Shown here: in pieces, positions 1 to 13,891 of the stretch | How the letters are laid out: each line of letters opens with the position of its first letter | Position numbering within the stretch: the first letter of the stretch is position 1 | NCBI GenBank assembly: GCA_040755995.1 | Contig: JBFMAF010000028.1 | Coordinates: forward strand, 32,001-96,000 | DNA length: 64,000 bases | Direction: 5' to 3' | DNA from: Acidobacteriota bacterium | GTDB taxonomy: Bacteria > Acidobacteriota > CAIWXX01 | Translations under genes and position numbers: made by a program | Notes under the pieces: generated by a model | Told to the model about the DNA's origin: nothing | Databases searched by the model: none | The model's input: the letters and a program-made list of their open reading frames with translations, nothing else

Positions 1-295
1 CAAGGGGTTGCCCTACTTCCCCTTGAAACCACGGGGCTACGTCGACTATGCCGGTCCCATCGCCCTCGATGTGGATGGAGACGGAGACGTCGAGGTCGGA
101 ATAGGCAATGTGCCGGATAGCGACCTCGCATGCCTGTTCTATCTCTGGGACCTCCCGTCACGGATCGATCACTCGAAAATCGACTGGCCGATGTCTCGCC
201 GCGACACATTCAACTCGGGTCGATACCAGGCCCCCGGCCAGGTACGCGGGCCCTCGCTGGCGGGGACGGAGACCAGAGGTGCGAGGGGGAAGTAG
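1..295 (+). CDS. C-terminal end of an FG-GAP/VCBS-like repeat protein (partial, starts before the window)
   Basis: GPIALDVDGDGDVEV Ca-binding-type repeat; WPMSRRD..NSG resembles the terminal motif of FG-GAP repeat proteins; stop at 293-295. Confidence 0.55.
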   Translation, partial: KGLPYFPLKPRGYVDYAGPIALDVDGDGDVEVGIGNVPDSDLACLFYLWDLPSRIDHSKIDWPMSRRDTFNSGRYQAPGQVRGPSLAGTETRGARGK

Positions 296-663
296 GACGC
301 CGTGAGCCCGTCGACAGTGATGCTTCCTGCTGCTAGCCGTTCGTCTTCCTCTTCCATCACCAAGCGGCGACACATCTCGTATGGACAGAAGGCACTCATC
401 GTCGACGCCGCTTCGGAGCTGTAGGCGTTCAACCGACGGCAGGCCCACAAGACCCGAATCACTTCGAAGGTCGGATTACGAGTGCCAGGGAAGAGCGAGA
501 CGGTTGTAATACACGCAGTGCGTCGGGCAAACTTGCGGTGCAAAAGCCCGCTGAATATACTGGGCGGGTCATGGTACGTAATCATACTATTTACTAGGCA
601 GGCTCGCTCCTTTGCGCGTACCGTGTGAAGCGGGGCGAGCCATCCAAGAAACGGAGAGTAAGA

Positions 664-4254
<3,591 letters not shown>

Positions 4255-4269
4255 GAAGGGAGGTAGACC

Positions 4270-5262
4270 ATGGATCTGTCAACCACCTACTTGGGATTCA
4301 AGCTACCGAGTCCGTTGATGCCGGGCGCTTCGCCCATGGTGGACAACATCGACACCGTCAAGCGCCTGGAAGATGCCGGCGCGTCCGCCATCGTCATGCA
4401 CTCGCTCTTCGAAGAGCAGATCACGCGGCAGCAGTTCGGCACGATACATCACATGGAGGTTCACGCGCAGTCGTTCGCCGAGGCGTTATCGTACTTCCCG
4501 GAGCCGGACGATTACAGGCTGGGCCCGGAGGAGTATCTGGAGCAGCTCGGGCGGATCAAGAAGACCGTGAGCCTGCCCGTAATCGCCTCGCTCAACGGTA
4601 TCAGCGCCGGCGGATGGGTGGACTACGCGCGCAAGATGCAGCAGGCGGGGGCGGACGCGCTGGAGCTGAATGTGTACTACCTCGCCACGGACGTGCTCGA
4701 GACCGGCACGGCCGTCGAAGGCCGCACGCTCGACACGCTGCAGGCCGTCAAGCGCGCCGTGACCATTCCGGTCGCCGTGAAGTTGTCACCCTACTACTCG
4801 GCGCTGGCGCACTTCGCGCGCGAGCTCGACCAGTACGGAGCCGATGGGGTCGTGCTGTTCAACCGCTTCTATCAGCCGGACATCGACATCGAGGAGCTCG
4901 AGGTGGTGCCGACGATGGGCTTCTCGACCTCGGCCTCGCTGCGCCTTCGCCTCCGCTGGATCGCCGCGCTCCACGATCGCATCCGGCCGTCGATCGCATG
5001 CAGCGGCGGCATTCACACGTCGTTCGATGTGATCAAGGCGATCATGGCCGGAGCGCACGCGGTACAGGTGGTGTCGGCGTTGCTGAAGCACGGACCGGAG
5101 TACCTGAAGGATCTTCGCGACGGGCTGGCCAGGTGGCTCGAGGATCACGAGTACGAGTCGCTACAGCAGGCCCTCGGCAGCATGAGCCTCGAGAAGTGCC
5201 CCGACCCCGGGGCCTTCGAGCGGGCCAACTACATGAAGATCCTGCAGGGCTGGCAGGCGTAG
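4270..5262 (+). CDS. Dihydroorotate dehydrogenase-like flavoprotein (PFOR-associated type)
   Basis: MDLSTTYLG..L.SP, SLFEEQI, LELNVYY, VKLSPYY, LFNRFYQPDID, SGGIH; RBS GGAGG. Confidence 0.88.
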   Translation: MDLSTTYLGFKLPSPLMPGASPMVDNIDTVKRLEDAGASAIVMHSLFEEQITRQQFGTIHHMEVHAQSFAEALSYFPEPDDYRLGPEEYLEQLGRIKKTVSLPVIASLNGISAGGWVDYARKMQQAGADALELNVYYLATDVLETGTAVEGRTLDTLQAVKRAVTIPVAVKLSPYYSALAHFARELDQYGADGVVLFNRFYQPDIDIEELEVVPTMGFSTSASLRLRLRWIAALHDRIRPSIACSGGIHTSFDVIKAIMAGAHAVQVVSALLKHGPEYLKDLRDGLARWLEDHEYESLQQALGSMSLEKCPDPGAFERANYMKILQGWQA

Positions 5263-5326
5263 AGCTCGCGGCGGGTTGAGCGGGCGGGTCGCGCCCGCGC
5301 ATCTGCCGTGAGCCTCCGGGGTCGGT

Positions 5327-5623
5327 GTGAAGATCCTGGCGATCGAGAAAGAGCTACCCGGTCTGACGAGCGCGGACTTCGCGCCGCACCTGGAGGCGGA
5401 GGCAGCCAGGGCTTGGGAGCTGCACAAGGCGGGTGTAGTTCGAGAGCTGTACTTCCGTGCCGACGTGCACTGTGCCGTCCTGGTTCTGGAATGCAGGGAT
5501 GTGGAGGAGGCCCGCAGGATACTGGCCACGCTCCCGCTCGTGAAGCAAGGTCTGATCGAGTTCGAGACTATTCCTCTCGTCCCCTATGCGGGATTCGAGC
5601 GGCTATTTCGGAAAGAGGCGTAG
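5327..5623 (+). CDS. Muconolactone delta-isomerase-like small protein
   Basis: EAARAWEL..G..RELYFR....AVLVLEC...EEA...L.TLPLV..GLI.FE.IPL.PY pattern. Confidence 0.7.
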   Translation: MKILAIEKELPGLTSADFAPHLEAEAARAWELHKAGVVRELYFRADVHCAVLVLECRDVEEARRILATLPLVKQGLIEFETIPLVPYAGFERLFRKEA

Positions 5624-5865
5624 CAAGGGAGCTGCACGGCATCAGAAGCTCCCTGGGGGCCGGGGACTTCTAAGGCCCGCCGAGCATCCGGCACCTGTCC
5701 ACCCGTGCCAGCAAGCCCGGCGAGGCCGCTTTCGAAGCGCGATTCCCTTGAACCCGTCCGTGGGCTTCCTCGTAGATGTACGGTAGGACGGGGTTCTGCC
5801 CGGATAGTGCTGGTGGGGTGGCAGATGGCTCGGTATAGGGGTGTGCGCATGCGAAGGAGCGATGA

Positions 5866-6459
5866 GTGCCGGACGAGGCCAGAGAGCGTGTAACCGGGAT
5901 CATCGCTGACTTGGGGGGCGGCGAGAGAATCCGAGCACACACTGCCAGCGAGCTCTTCGAGCTGGTCTACGACCAGCTCCGCAGGCTTGCCCGCCGCTAC
6001 ATGGGCCGCGGGCGCGCGGGTCACACGCTGCAGCCGACCGCCCTGGTTCACGAGGCCTATTTGAAACTCGTGGACCAGACACGGGTCAACTGGCGCGGGA
6101 GGACTCATTTCTACGCCGTAGGAATCCAGGTGATGCGCCGGCTCCTGGTCGATCACGCGAGGGCTCACGGGAGGCGCAGGAGGGGCGCCGATTGGCGCAA
6201 GGTCACGCTCTGCGAGGAGATGGCGCCGATCCCCGAGGCTGGGCTCGGACCCGAGGAACTGCTGACCCTGGACAGGGCGCTGCAGGAGCTAGGCAGATTG
6301 GACGAGCGGGAGGCTCGAGTAGTGGAGTTGCGGTTTTTCGGCGGGATGAAGGTGCCCGAAGTTGCGGAGGTCTTGGGTGTTTCGACGCGTGCGGTAGAGG
6401 ATGACTGGACCCACGCGAAAGCATGGCTGAAGCGCGAGCTGGCGAAGGCGATGGAATGA
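5866..6459 (+). CDS. ECF-type RNA polymerase sigma factor (kinase-associated type)
   Basis: LVYDQLRRLA...HTLQPTALVHEAYLKL, VVELRFFGG, DW..AKAWL. Confidence 0.92.
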   Translation: MPDEARERVTGIIADLGGGERIRAHTASELFELVYDQLRRLARRYMGRGRAGHTLQPTALVHEAYLKLVDQTRVNWRGRTHFYAVGIQVMRRLLVDHARAHGRRRRGADWRKVTLCEEMAPIPEAGLGPEELLTLDRALQELGRLDEREARVVELRFFGGMKVPEVAEVLGVSTRAVEDDWTHAKAWLKRELAKAME

Positions 6460-6621
6460 CGGTCGGTGCATCTTTCGAGACGAGTCTGGGCGGCGGCCCG
6501 GGGCCACTGACGCGGGGACGCGGTGACACGGAGATGCGGTGAGGTGGGGAACTGGCCACCCGAGGGGTCGGGACTTGGGGAGGCGCGGGAGTGAGATACT
6601 CGACGCCTGACCGTAGCCCGT

Positions 6622-6676
6622 GGCGGACAACTGGCAGCTGACAACTGGGAACTGGCAACTAGCAACTGACCACTGA
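6622..6676 (+). repeat. Heptamer tandem repeat (CAACTGG/CAACTGA-like)
   Basis: gacaactggcagctgacaactgggaactggcaactagcaactgaccactga. Confidence 0.7.
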
Positions 6677-6678
6677 AC

Positions 6679-7926
6679 ATGACCCCAGAACGTCATGCAC
6701 GAGCGAAAGACATCTTCCTCCGTGCCTGCAGACTGCCGCGTGAAGAGCAGGGTTCACTGGTGTTAAGCGAGTGCTCGGAGGATGAGGAGACGCGTCGCGA
6801 GGTCCTCGCGCTGCTCGAGTTCCATGTGGAGGGATCCGAGGAGAAGGAGTCTTCGGAGGGCAGCTTTCCTGCTCCGGAGGATACGGTCCCACAGCGCATC
6901 GGCAACTACCGGGTGCTGCAGAGGCTCGGCGAAGGCGGGATGGGAATCGTCTACGAGGCCGAGCAAGAGGCGCCGGTGCGCCGCCGAGTTGCCCTGAAGC
7001 TCGTCAAGTGGGGCATGGACACGAAGGAGGTGTTGGGGCGGTTCGAGTCCGAGCGCCAGGCTTTGGCCCTCATGGATCACCCGAACATCGCGAGGGTCTA
7101 CGAAGCCGGTGCGACAGCGCAGGGGCGCCCGTACTTCGCGATGGAGTACGTGAAGGGTGTGCCGATCACCGAGTATTGCGACAGCAACTGCCTGGGTTGC
7201 GGCGAAAGGCTGGGCCTGTTCATGCAGATATGCGGCGGCGTCCAGCACGCCCACCAGAAGGGCATAATTCACAGGGACATCAAGCCGTCGAACATCATCG
7301 TGACCATGAGGGACGGCAAGCCCGTGCCGAAGATCATCGATTTCGGCGTCGCCAAGGCAACCGCGCAGAAGCTGACGGAGCGGACGATCTTCACGCAGCT
7401 CGGTCAGTGGATCGGCACTCCGGAGTACATGAGTCCGGAGCAGGCTCAGTTGACCGGTCTCGACGTGGACACGCGCACGGACGTTTACTCGCTAGGCATT
7501 CTGCTTTACGAGCTGCTGACCGGTGTGGTGCCGTTCGATCCGGCGGAGTTGCGGGCGAGCGGGTTCGACGAGATGCGGCGGAGGATACGCGAGGAGGAAC
7601 CGCTGAGGCCCAGCACACGTGTAAGCAGGCTGCGCGCGACCGGCGACGTCATAGCCAGGATGAGGCGGATGGACCAGCAGGGGCTGGTGCGGCAGCTGTC
7701 GGGTGACCTGGACTGGATCACGATGAAGGCGTTGGAGAAGGACCGTACGCGGCGGTACGGTGCGCCTTCGGAGCTGGTGGCCGATCTGGAGCGATATCTG
7801 AGACACGAGCCGGTGCTCGCGAGCCCGCCGAGGGCGACCCGGAGTACGAGGCGATGCTGGCAGAGGCGAAGCGGGCGCAGGCACGGCCCGGACCCGCCAG
7901 GTAGGCCGGCGCGCCGGGCTCACTAA
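6679..7926 (+). CDS. Hanks-type Ser/Thr protein kinase, apparently lacking its TM/TPR sensor region through internal deletion
   Basis: LGEGGMGIVY, VALK, HRDIKPSN, DFG, GTPEYMSPEQ, DVYSLG; kinase-like sequence stops at EPVLASPP; a C-terminal-like peptide GDPEYEAMLAEAKR lies in another frame at 7833-7904. Confidence 0.9.
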   Translation: MTPERHARAKDIFLRACRLPREEQGSLVLSECSEDEETRREVLALLEFHVEGSEEKESSEGSFPAPEDTVPQRIGNYRVLQRLGEGGMGIVYEAEQEAPVRRRVALKLVKWGMDTKEVLGRFESERQALALMDHPNIARVYEAGATAQGRPYFAMEYVKGVPITEYCDSNCLGCGERLGLFMQICGGVQHAHQKGIIHRDIKPSNIIVTMRDGKPVPKIIDFGVAKATAQKLTERTIFTQLGQWIGTPEYMSPEQAQLTGLDVDTRTDVYSLGILLYELLTGVVPFDPAELRASGFDEMRRRIREEEPLRPSTRVSRLRATGDVIARMRRMDQQGLVRQLSGDLDWITMKALEKDRTRRYGAPSELVADLERYLRHEPVLASPPRATRSTRRCWQRRSGRRHGPDPPGRPARRAH

Positions 7927-8134
7927 GGCGCCGGCGCGATGCCGCGCCCGGCTGCAACCCGAATCAGCGTCCATGCTACAAGTCGTTCCCCGCTGACCGC
8001 GCCCACGTGCTGCGTTGGTTTCCGAATGCGATCGTGGTGTTGAATGTGAGTGTGGACCGGTCGGGGCCCCAGCGGGGGTTCGTTCACGTCGACGTCGACG
8101 TTCGTGAACGCGTGGACTGCGTGCCGAACCATGG

Positions 8135-8965
8135 CTAGAACCCGTACATGTACCGCTGCCCTCGCCCTCGAACTGCCACGACCGTTGTTCTCAGGCGGTT
8201 TTTCCGCGCGAGATCGGCGAACTTGAGGTACTGCTCCTCGTTTCCGCCGTCGTGCATCGGGAACAGCGCGCGAGGCGAGAGCTGCTGGATGGCGTAGATC
8301 TCGCCTCCGTACGTGGGCGTGAAGTAGAGATCGATCTGCTGGCCGAGGCCGGCCAGGTAGTCGATGTTGGATTTGAAGACCGGATCCAACTGTCCCTTTG
8401 CCGTGCCATGATCGCCGGCATGAAACACAGTGATCCCGTCTGTTCGCACAAGGAATGCAGACTCCGGAATTCCGTCCAGCGCGTGTGGCACATTCCACAC
8501 CTCCACCCCGCCGACCTTCACGCTGGAACGAGCCTGCACGAAGCGCACATGAGCGGCCTCATCGGTCGCGTTCCAGCCGAATACATACGTGATGTCGTGG
8601 ATCCATCTCCTCCACTGCAGTATACGTGGATCGTAGTGGTCGGAGTGGGCATGGGTCACGAAGACGCACGCTTTCAATCCGGCAATCGCAGCCAGGTTCA
8701 TGAAGCCTTCAGACAACGAGGCATCGGGCGGCCTCGGCCCGTGCTCCCAGTAGTCGAACACCAACAGGTGCTCCTTCGTCTTCACCGCCCAGCCGCTATG
8801 GTACAGGTACCAGACGATCGCCTGACCGTCTCGCATCGGCATCGTGAGGAGCCGCCGGTCCTCGGAAACCGATCCGGCCGAAGAGACCTGAGGCGAAACC
8901 ATGAGGCTTGTCACCATGAGCAGGAGCACGCAGGTCAAGGCAGGCATCGTGAAGACCCGGTCCAT
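8135..8965 (-). CDS. Secreted MBL-fold metallo-hydrolase
   Basis: Signal-like N-terminus; YLYHSGWAV, THAHSDH, FHAGD, FPMH motifs. Confidence 0.85.
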   Translation of the reverse strand: MDRVFTMPALTCVLLLMVTSLMVSPQVSSAGSVSEDRRLLTMPMRDGQAIVWYLYHSGWAVKTKEHLLVFDYWEHGPRPPDASLSEGFMNLAAIAGLKACVFVTHAHSDHYDPRILQWRRWIHDITYVFGWNATDEAAHVRFVQARSSVKVGGVEVWNVPHALDGIPESAFLVRTDGITVFHAGDHGTAKGQLDPVFKSNIDYLAGLGQQIDLYFTPTYGGEIYAIQQLSPRALFPMHDGGNEEQYLKFADLARKNRLRTTVVAVRGRGQRYMYGF

Positions 8966-9118
8966 TCCTTCCGCCTTCCTGACAATCCCCCTACCTAAAG
9001 CGCCGTCAACCCGCGGAGGCCGCAGGATACCCGACCCGGCGCCAGGGCGCAACTTCGTTGTGGGTCAGAGACCGGCGGCGCCACATGCGTCGCGCTGCAA
9101 ACCAGGCGGGAGAAAGGG

Positions 9119-9146
9119 CCGTCCCGGGCCATCAGGCCCGGGACGG
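9119..9146 (-). terminator. Probable intrinsic terminator of the TonB receptor gene
   Basis: Perfect 12-bp stem CCGTCCCGGGCC-ATCA-GGCCCGGGACGG about 20 bp past the stop, followed on the minus strand by CCCTTTCT. Confidence 0.7.
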
Positions 9147-9167
9147 GTGTTATGGGAGGCTAGACGA

Positions 9168-12083
9168 TCAGAAGGAGTAGCGGATGCCCAACCTGACGGT
9201 CCTCGGGTACATCAGGTCCTGCACCTCGTCCACACTCGACGCGCTCAGGCTCTCCTGGACGTGGAGCACCGTGTTCGTGTTGAGGATATTGAAGATGTCC
9301 AGATCGAGGTTGACGTTGCCCTTGTCGCCGAGCGAAATTGCCTTGGAGACGCGCAGATCGAGCTCCATCATGGTTGGCATCTTCGTGTCGCCTATCAGCT
9401 GGGCCCGCACCTGCTTCTCGGTGACACCGGGATCGACGAAGTACCTGGAGCGGTAGTACACGATCGGGAAGCCCTCGCGGGAGAGCAGGTTGGCGGAAGC
9501 GCTGAGCCCGTACGGGAACTGGTACATGCCGTTCATGTTGAACTGCCACTTCGGCGTGCCGATCCAGTAGTTCAGCTTGCCGCTCGACCCCGACTGGAAC
9601 GCCAAGTCCTCGCCGTCTCTGAAGACCTGGCCCACCGGGCTCGGATCCTGGATGCCGTCGGTACCGTCGTAGTATGCGCGGTTGCGCTGGTAGTTGAGCG
9701 AAGCGTTCACCATCCACTTGTTGCTGAGCCGCTTGGTGGCGAAGACCTCCAGACCCTGATACTTCTCGGTGTAGCCCTTCTGGTTTGTGAAGATGTGATC
9801 GATGCCGGCGCCGTACTCTGCACGACGAGCCTCGCTCATCCGGTAGTAGGGCATGCTGTAGGCGGTTCCGTCGGGGAGTGTGCCGCTGATGGTGCCTGCG
9901 ACCACGTAGTCGCTCATCTTCAGTATGTCGTTGGGCCGCTGGTATCCTGTGAACGGGTTCCAGGTAATGTTATCGGCCTTGCGCCACACGAAGTTACCGC
10001 CGACCGAGAAGTCCATCATGACCTCGCGCTCGCCGCCCACGATGAGCTCGAGACGCTTCGGGGCGGTCAGGTCGCCGTCGACCGCGTTGTAGCTGCGTGT
10101 CGGATCCAACGGGTCGACATAGTAAATGCCCACCGGGCCGTACGCGAAGTCGATTTCGTTGTACTGGGCGATGTGGTCGCCGTTGAGGTCGGTCCAGTAG
10201 TAGTCGATTTCGCTGGCGCCCTGGCCGATCGGGCTCATGAAGTCGATGGAGCCGGAGTTGAGCTGGTCGGCGTAGCGCGCGAAGCTGGCGCGGAGGATCG
10301 TCTTGCCGTCGCCAAGGAGGTCGTAGGTCATGCCGAAACGCGGCGAGAAGTCGCTCCACGTGAACGGAGCTTCCATGTCCTGCACGCTCATGTTAGGCAG
10401 GAGCGTGTTGTCGGCGGTGCCTCCGCTGGACGTTGCGAGCTGCTTGCCGGACTGCCTGTCGTACCGGACGCCGAGGTTCGCGGTGATGCGGCCCGATGTC
10501 AACGTATCACCGGCGTAGAAGCTCAAGTAGTTCATCTGGTTGTAGGCATGGCGGTCCCTGTAGAGCCACGCAGTCCCAGTGACCTCGTCGGTCACGATCC
10601 TGTTGCCGGGCCACCTGGTCGTCGATTCGGTCGTATGACGGCGGAACTGGAAGCCGGCCTTGAATTCGTGCTGGCCGCCCAGCCCCGACTTGAAGACGTT
10701 GGTTTCCGCCGATGCCTGCCACTGCGGCCGCTCGGTCAGGTAGTCGAGGAAGGAGCCGTGCCACACGCGATTGGAGTCGCGCCACGCCTGCGCGTTCAGT
10801 CCGCCTTGCGGGGTGAGCCCGAACTTGTTAGCCACATAGCCGAACTTGCCGCTTACGTACAGGTTCGGATTCACGATGTGCGTGGCCTCGACCTTGTAGA
10901 TGTTGCCCGGCGATTCCTGGTTCCAGGTCGTCTCGATCGGCCGCGTTGCACCCGCGTTGCGTCCTCTCTTGATCTTGCTGGCTCTGTTGTAGAAGAACGT
11001 AAACGTGTCGTTCTCGCTCCACTGCGTGTTCAACTTGAAGCTGGCACCCTCGAGCTGGGTGTTGTCCGGAGCCCCGCCGACTGCGATCGTCTGAATATCC
11101 TGTACACCGACGGCTCCCCAGTACCACGCCTTCTCCTTCACGATCGGCCCGCCTATTTCGATGCCGTAGTCGCGCGACTTGAACAGGATCGGCCGGGTGA
11201 ACCTGGGATTCCACTTGTGGCCGTCGAGCTCGGTCTCGCCGTTCGCCGGATTCGGCGGGATCGCCGTGTTCTGATCCTTCACGTTGTTGGAGCTCAGTCC
11301 CTCGCCGCTCACGTAGAATCGGGCCGACCCCTTCGGCGTGTCACCTCCGCGCTTCGTCACGAAGTTGATCCCCATGCCGCCGGTGGCCTGGCTCGGGTCG
11401 TTGCCCGCGGTCGTCACCTGGATCTCCTCGAACGAGTCGAAGTCATAGTAGGTCGGCGATGATCCGACTGCCGCCATGTCCGTGATCGTGACACCGTCCA
11501 TGTTCCACATGGAGTTGTCGCCGCCTCGATCGCCGCGGCTGTTGAACTCGGACTGCTGGCCGCCCTCGGCGCCCGCGATGTTCACGCGGTCAACTACGAT
11601 GCCCGACACCATCGACAGGACCACCCACGGGTCGCGGGATGTCGGAACATTGGCCAGGATCTCCTGAGTCATGTTCTGGCCGACGCCTGTCTTCTTGGTG
11701 TCGAGGATCGGCTGCTCTGCAATCACTGTGATGGTCTCGGCCATCGTCGTCGGCTTCATGACGAGCTTCAGGTTGACGGCTCCGCCGACCGTGACGATGA
11801 TCTGCTTCTGCACATACGTGGCAAATCCGTCCAGATCGCATTGCACGTCATAGTCCCCCGGGTCCAGGCGAATGAAGTGGAAGTCGCCGTTGATCCCGGT
11901 TGTCTGGGTAACGGTGCCGATCTGCGCGCCGGTGAGCGTGACTGTCACACCGGGCAGAACGCCGCCCGTCTCATCCTCGATGACTCCGTAGATCTGCCCC
12001 TGGCTCTGCTGCGCATTGGCGACCGGGGCGATCGCCACCAGGCCGACGGCCAGGAGTGCCATCAGCCAACGTGTTTTCACCAT
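9168..12083 (-). CDS. TonB-dependent receptor, Oar-like, with carboxypeptidase-regulatory-like N-domain
   Basis: Signal peptide; G.I.G.I.D.TG.VLPGVTVT; plug-like DSFEEIQVTT; C-terminal PRTVRLGIRYSF. Confidence 0.92.
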   Translation of the reverse strand: MVKTRWLMALLAVGLVAIAPVANAQQSQGQIYGVIEDETGGVLPGVTVTLTGAQIGTVTQTTGINGDFHFIRLDPGDYDVQCDLDGFATYVQKQIIVTVGGAVNLKLVMKPTTMAETITVIAEQPILDTKKTGVGQNMTQEILANVPTSRDPWVVLSMVSGIVVDRVNIAGAEGGQQSEFNSRGDRGGDNSMWNMDGVTITDMAAVGSSPTYYDFDSFEEIQVTTAGNDPSQATGGMGINFVTKRGGDTPKGSARFYVSGEGLSSNNVKDQNTAIPPNPANGETELDGHKWNPRFTRPILFKSRDYGIEIGGPIVKEKAWYWGAVGVQDIQTIAVGGAPDNTQLEGASFKLNTQWSENDTFTFFYNRASKIKRGRNAGATRPIETTWNQESPGNIYKVEATHIVNPNLYVSGKFGYVANKFGLTPQGGLNAQAWRDSNRVWHGSFLDYLTERPQWQASAETNVFKSGLGGQHEFKAGFQFRRHTTESTTRWPGNRIVTDEVTGTAWLYRDRHAYNQMNYLSFYAGDTLTSGRITANLGVRYDRQSGKQLATSSGGTADNTLLPNMSVQDMEAPFTWSDFSPRFGMTYDLLGDGKTILRASFARYADQLNSGSIDFMSPIGQGASEIDYYWTDLNGDHIAQYNEIDFAYGPVGIYYVDPLDPTRSYNAVDGDLTAPKRLELIVGGEREVMMDFSVGGNFVWRKADNITWNPFTGYQRPNDILKMSDYVVAGTISGTLPDGTAYSMPYYRMSEARRAEYGAGIDHIFTNQKGYTEKYQGLEVFATKRLSNKWMVNASLNYQRNRAYYDGTDGIQDPSPVGQVFRDGEDLAFQSGSSGKLNYWIGTPKWQFNMNGMYQFPYGLSASANLLSREGFPIVYYRSRYFVDPGVTEKQVRAQLIGDTKMPTMMELDLRVSKAISLGDKGNVNLDLDIFNILNTNTVLHVQESLSASSVDEVQDLMYPRTVRLGIRYSF

Positions 12084-12639
12084 ATCAATCCCTCCATGAA
12101 CTAAGTTGTGCCGAACGAAACGCGCGATTCACTCACATGCTGATCCGATCCGCTTTCCACCTCCTCTCCGCATCAACTACCGCTCATCCGAGCTGCAAGG
12201 GCCGTGCCAGTGGATAGCGCAAACAGGATCAATGGAATACAGCCGTTGCCAGGTGGAGACGGCTACGAAGAGCCGGATTCGGCGACGGGCAGGTGGAGAG
12301 CGTGGGCCTCAGCTTGCCCCAACTTGCGCGCCGACTTGTAAGAAATTGCTACTGGGCTTGCGGGATACACCGCCGCGAACACCCTTGCAGACGCCTGAGC
12401 AACTTCGGGCAAGCCGGCCCGAGAGGAGACGCGGTGATTGGGGGGAAGTAAGGCTGGGCGACGTCACAGGACGAGGTTGCCAGCACGGGGAACCTCATGC
12501 CGCGCACCGCTGGCCGCGTGAAGCGACGTGAGGCAGGCGCAGGGGCGCAATGAGAGGCGCCCTGATGATGCGTTGCGCCGAGTCCGGTTCGTGACGGCTC
12601 CCCGCACTGGCGGCATCGTCCTTGCCGCGTCAGCCGCGT

Positions 12640-12916
12640 GCAACGGCGTAGATCGGCCTGCCTTCAGGGTGGCCTGAATCTCATCGAGGAAGGACTGATC
12701 CCCTCTTCGCTCGATGTCGGCGATCGTCTCTCCGTCGATCCCCGCCGCTCCCTTGTTGCTTCGTACACGCTCCCATGCTTCCCGAAGGACGTCACCCCTC
12801 CAGATCCGGTCGTACAACGCATGAAAACGCCGGGTCCTACTCCGCTTGGCACACGCGTAGAGCGTTCGCTGAAGTTCTCGCACTTTGTCTACGGGGTCTT
12901 TGGCCGTCACCGGCAT
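12640..12916 (-). pseudogene. ltrA: Truncated group II intron reverse transcriptase/maturase
   Basis: KVRELQRTLY.CAK....RFHALYDRI...DVLREAWERVRSNKGAAGIDG = RT domain 0; similarity ends at LKAGR; no YADD. Confidence 0.88.
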
Positions 12917-13428
12917 GCCCTCGCGCTTACCTTCACTCAAACGCATGACCAAAGCAGGGCCCCTTCCCTCCAGTGGTTTCTCTTGCCCACCTTCATCGGT
13001 ACTATGAGCCCCTCGGACTCCCTCCCGGCTCCGCAGACTTTCAGCTTCGCCTTATATCCACGGTCTTCGCCTGACTTGGCTGCCAGGTAGGGTCTCTCCT
13101 GTTCCGTACCGATCTGTCCCCGCGTCCCGCCCCCCATACCCCGGAGAGGTCCAGCAGCCGCTCCGATTCCAGGCTGCTGTCCGTTGCCTTCGCCGCGACA
13201 TGCTCGGCTCGACCCTCTCAAACACCTTTCGGCTGATAATTTGACGAGGCGGCAGGGTTCACTTAATGTTACGGGCCGCAAGTTCGCTCCCTCCCTTCGG
13301 AGGCTTTCGACACCCCGCTCAGTGCGAAACCTCTCGGCTTCGACGCACCGGGGTCTGCTACCGGGCGCATCGGCGCTTACCCGGACCGGACTCTCACCGG
13401 CAAGACCGGTACAGCTTTCAGGACGCAC
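12640..13428 (-). mobile_element. Group II intron remnant (5' ribozyme domains plus start of RT ORF; 3' part missing)
   Basis: Minus strand begins GTGCGTCCTGAAAGC at 13428; domain II/III-like GGGAGTCCGAGGGGCTCATAGTACCGATGAAG...GGAGGGAAGGGCCC; RT N-terminus follows; no domain V/VI seen. Confidence 0.88.
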
Positions 13429-13564
13429 CACGCCGTCAGTTTGGCAACCAGACCACCGGCGACGGAAACGACTACGGCAACGTCAACGACTCGTGCTGTC
13501 GATGGCCAGAGGAATCCGAGACGGTAACGTACCCCAGCCCGAGGCCACGCCTCGCAAGGCGGCC

Positions 13565-13891
13565 TCAGAAGCTCTCCAACGCCTCGTCCCGCGAGGGGAA
13601 CGCTTTGAACAGGGCCAGGAAACCCGAGACCTCGAAAACCCGCAGCACATCAGCTGAGAGGCAGCACAGGTGGAGCTTGCTGCCGGCCTTCGTCCTCGAT
13701 TTCAGCACGCTCAGAAATGCCCGAAGCCCCGCGCTGTTGATGTAGTTCAGGTTCGCGCAATCCACGAGGACGTTCTCCTCTTGCCCTACCAGCTCCTGTA
13801 GATCCTCCGCGAAATGATCGCACGTCGCATCGATCCGGCCGTTGAGCTCTATGACCTTCACCTTCCCTATCTTCCGTTCCGTGATAAACAT
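13565..13891 (-). CDS. STAS-domain anti-sigma factor antagonist
   Basis: L.GRIDA, VDC.NLNYINSAGLR, V.RVFEVSGF; RBS GAGGAGG before ATG at 13891. Confidence 0.9.
   Translation of the reverse strand: MFITERKIGKVKVIELNGRIDATCDHFAEDLQELVGQEENVLVDCANLNYINSAGLRAFLSVLKSRTKAGSKLHLCCLSADVLRVFEVSGFLALFKAFPSRDEALESF

Noticed and set aside
296..620. Short ORFs upstream of nifJ
   Set aside because: No motifs or RBS; likely promoter/intergenic DNA.
7925..7965. attC-like fragment after the kinase
   Set aside because: Lacks both core sites; indistinguishable from a GC-rich hairpin.
12640..12916. RT as part of a DGR or retron
   Set aside because: Preceded by a group II intron 5' end and has an intron-type domain 0; no TR/VR pair or msr-msd seen.
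12937..13431. 164-aa ORF inside the intron
   Set aside because: Overlaps the structured intron RNA domains; no protein motif.
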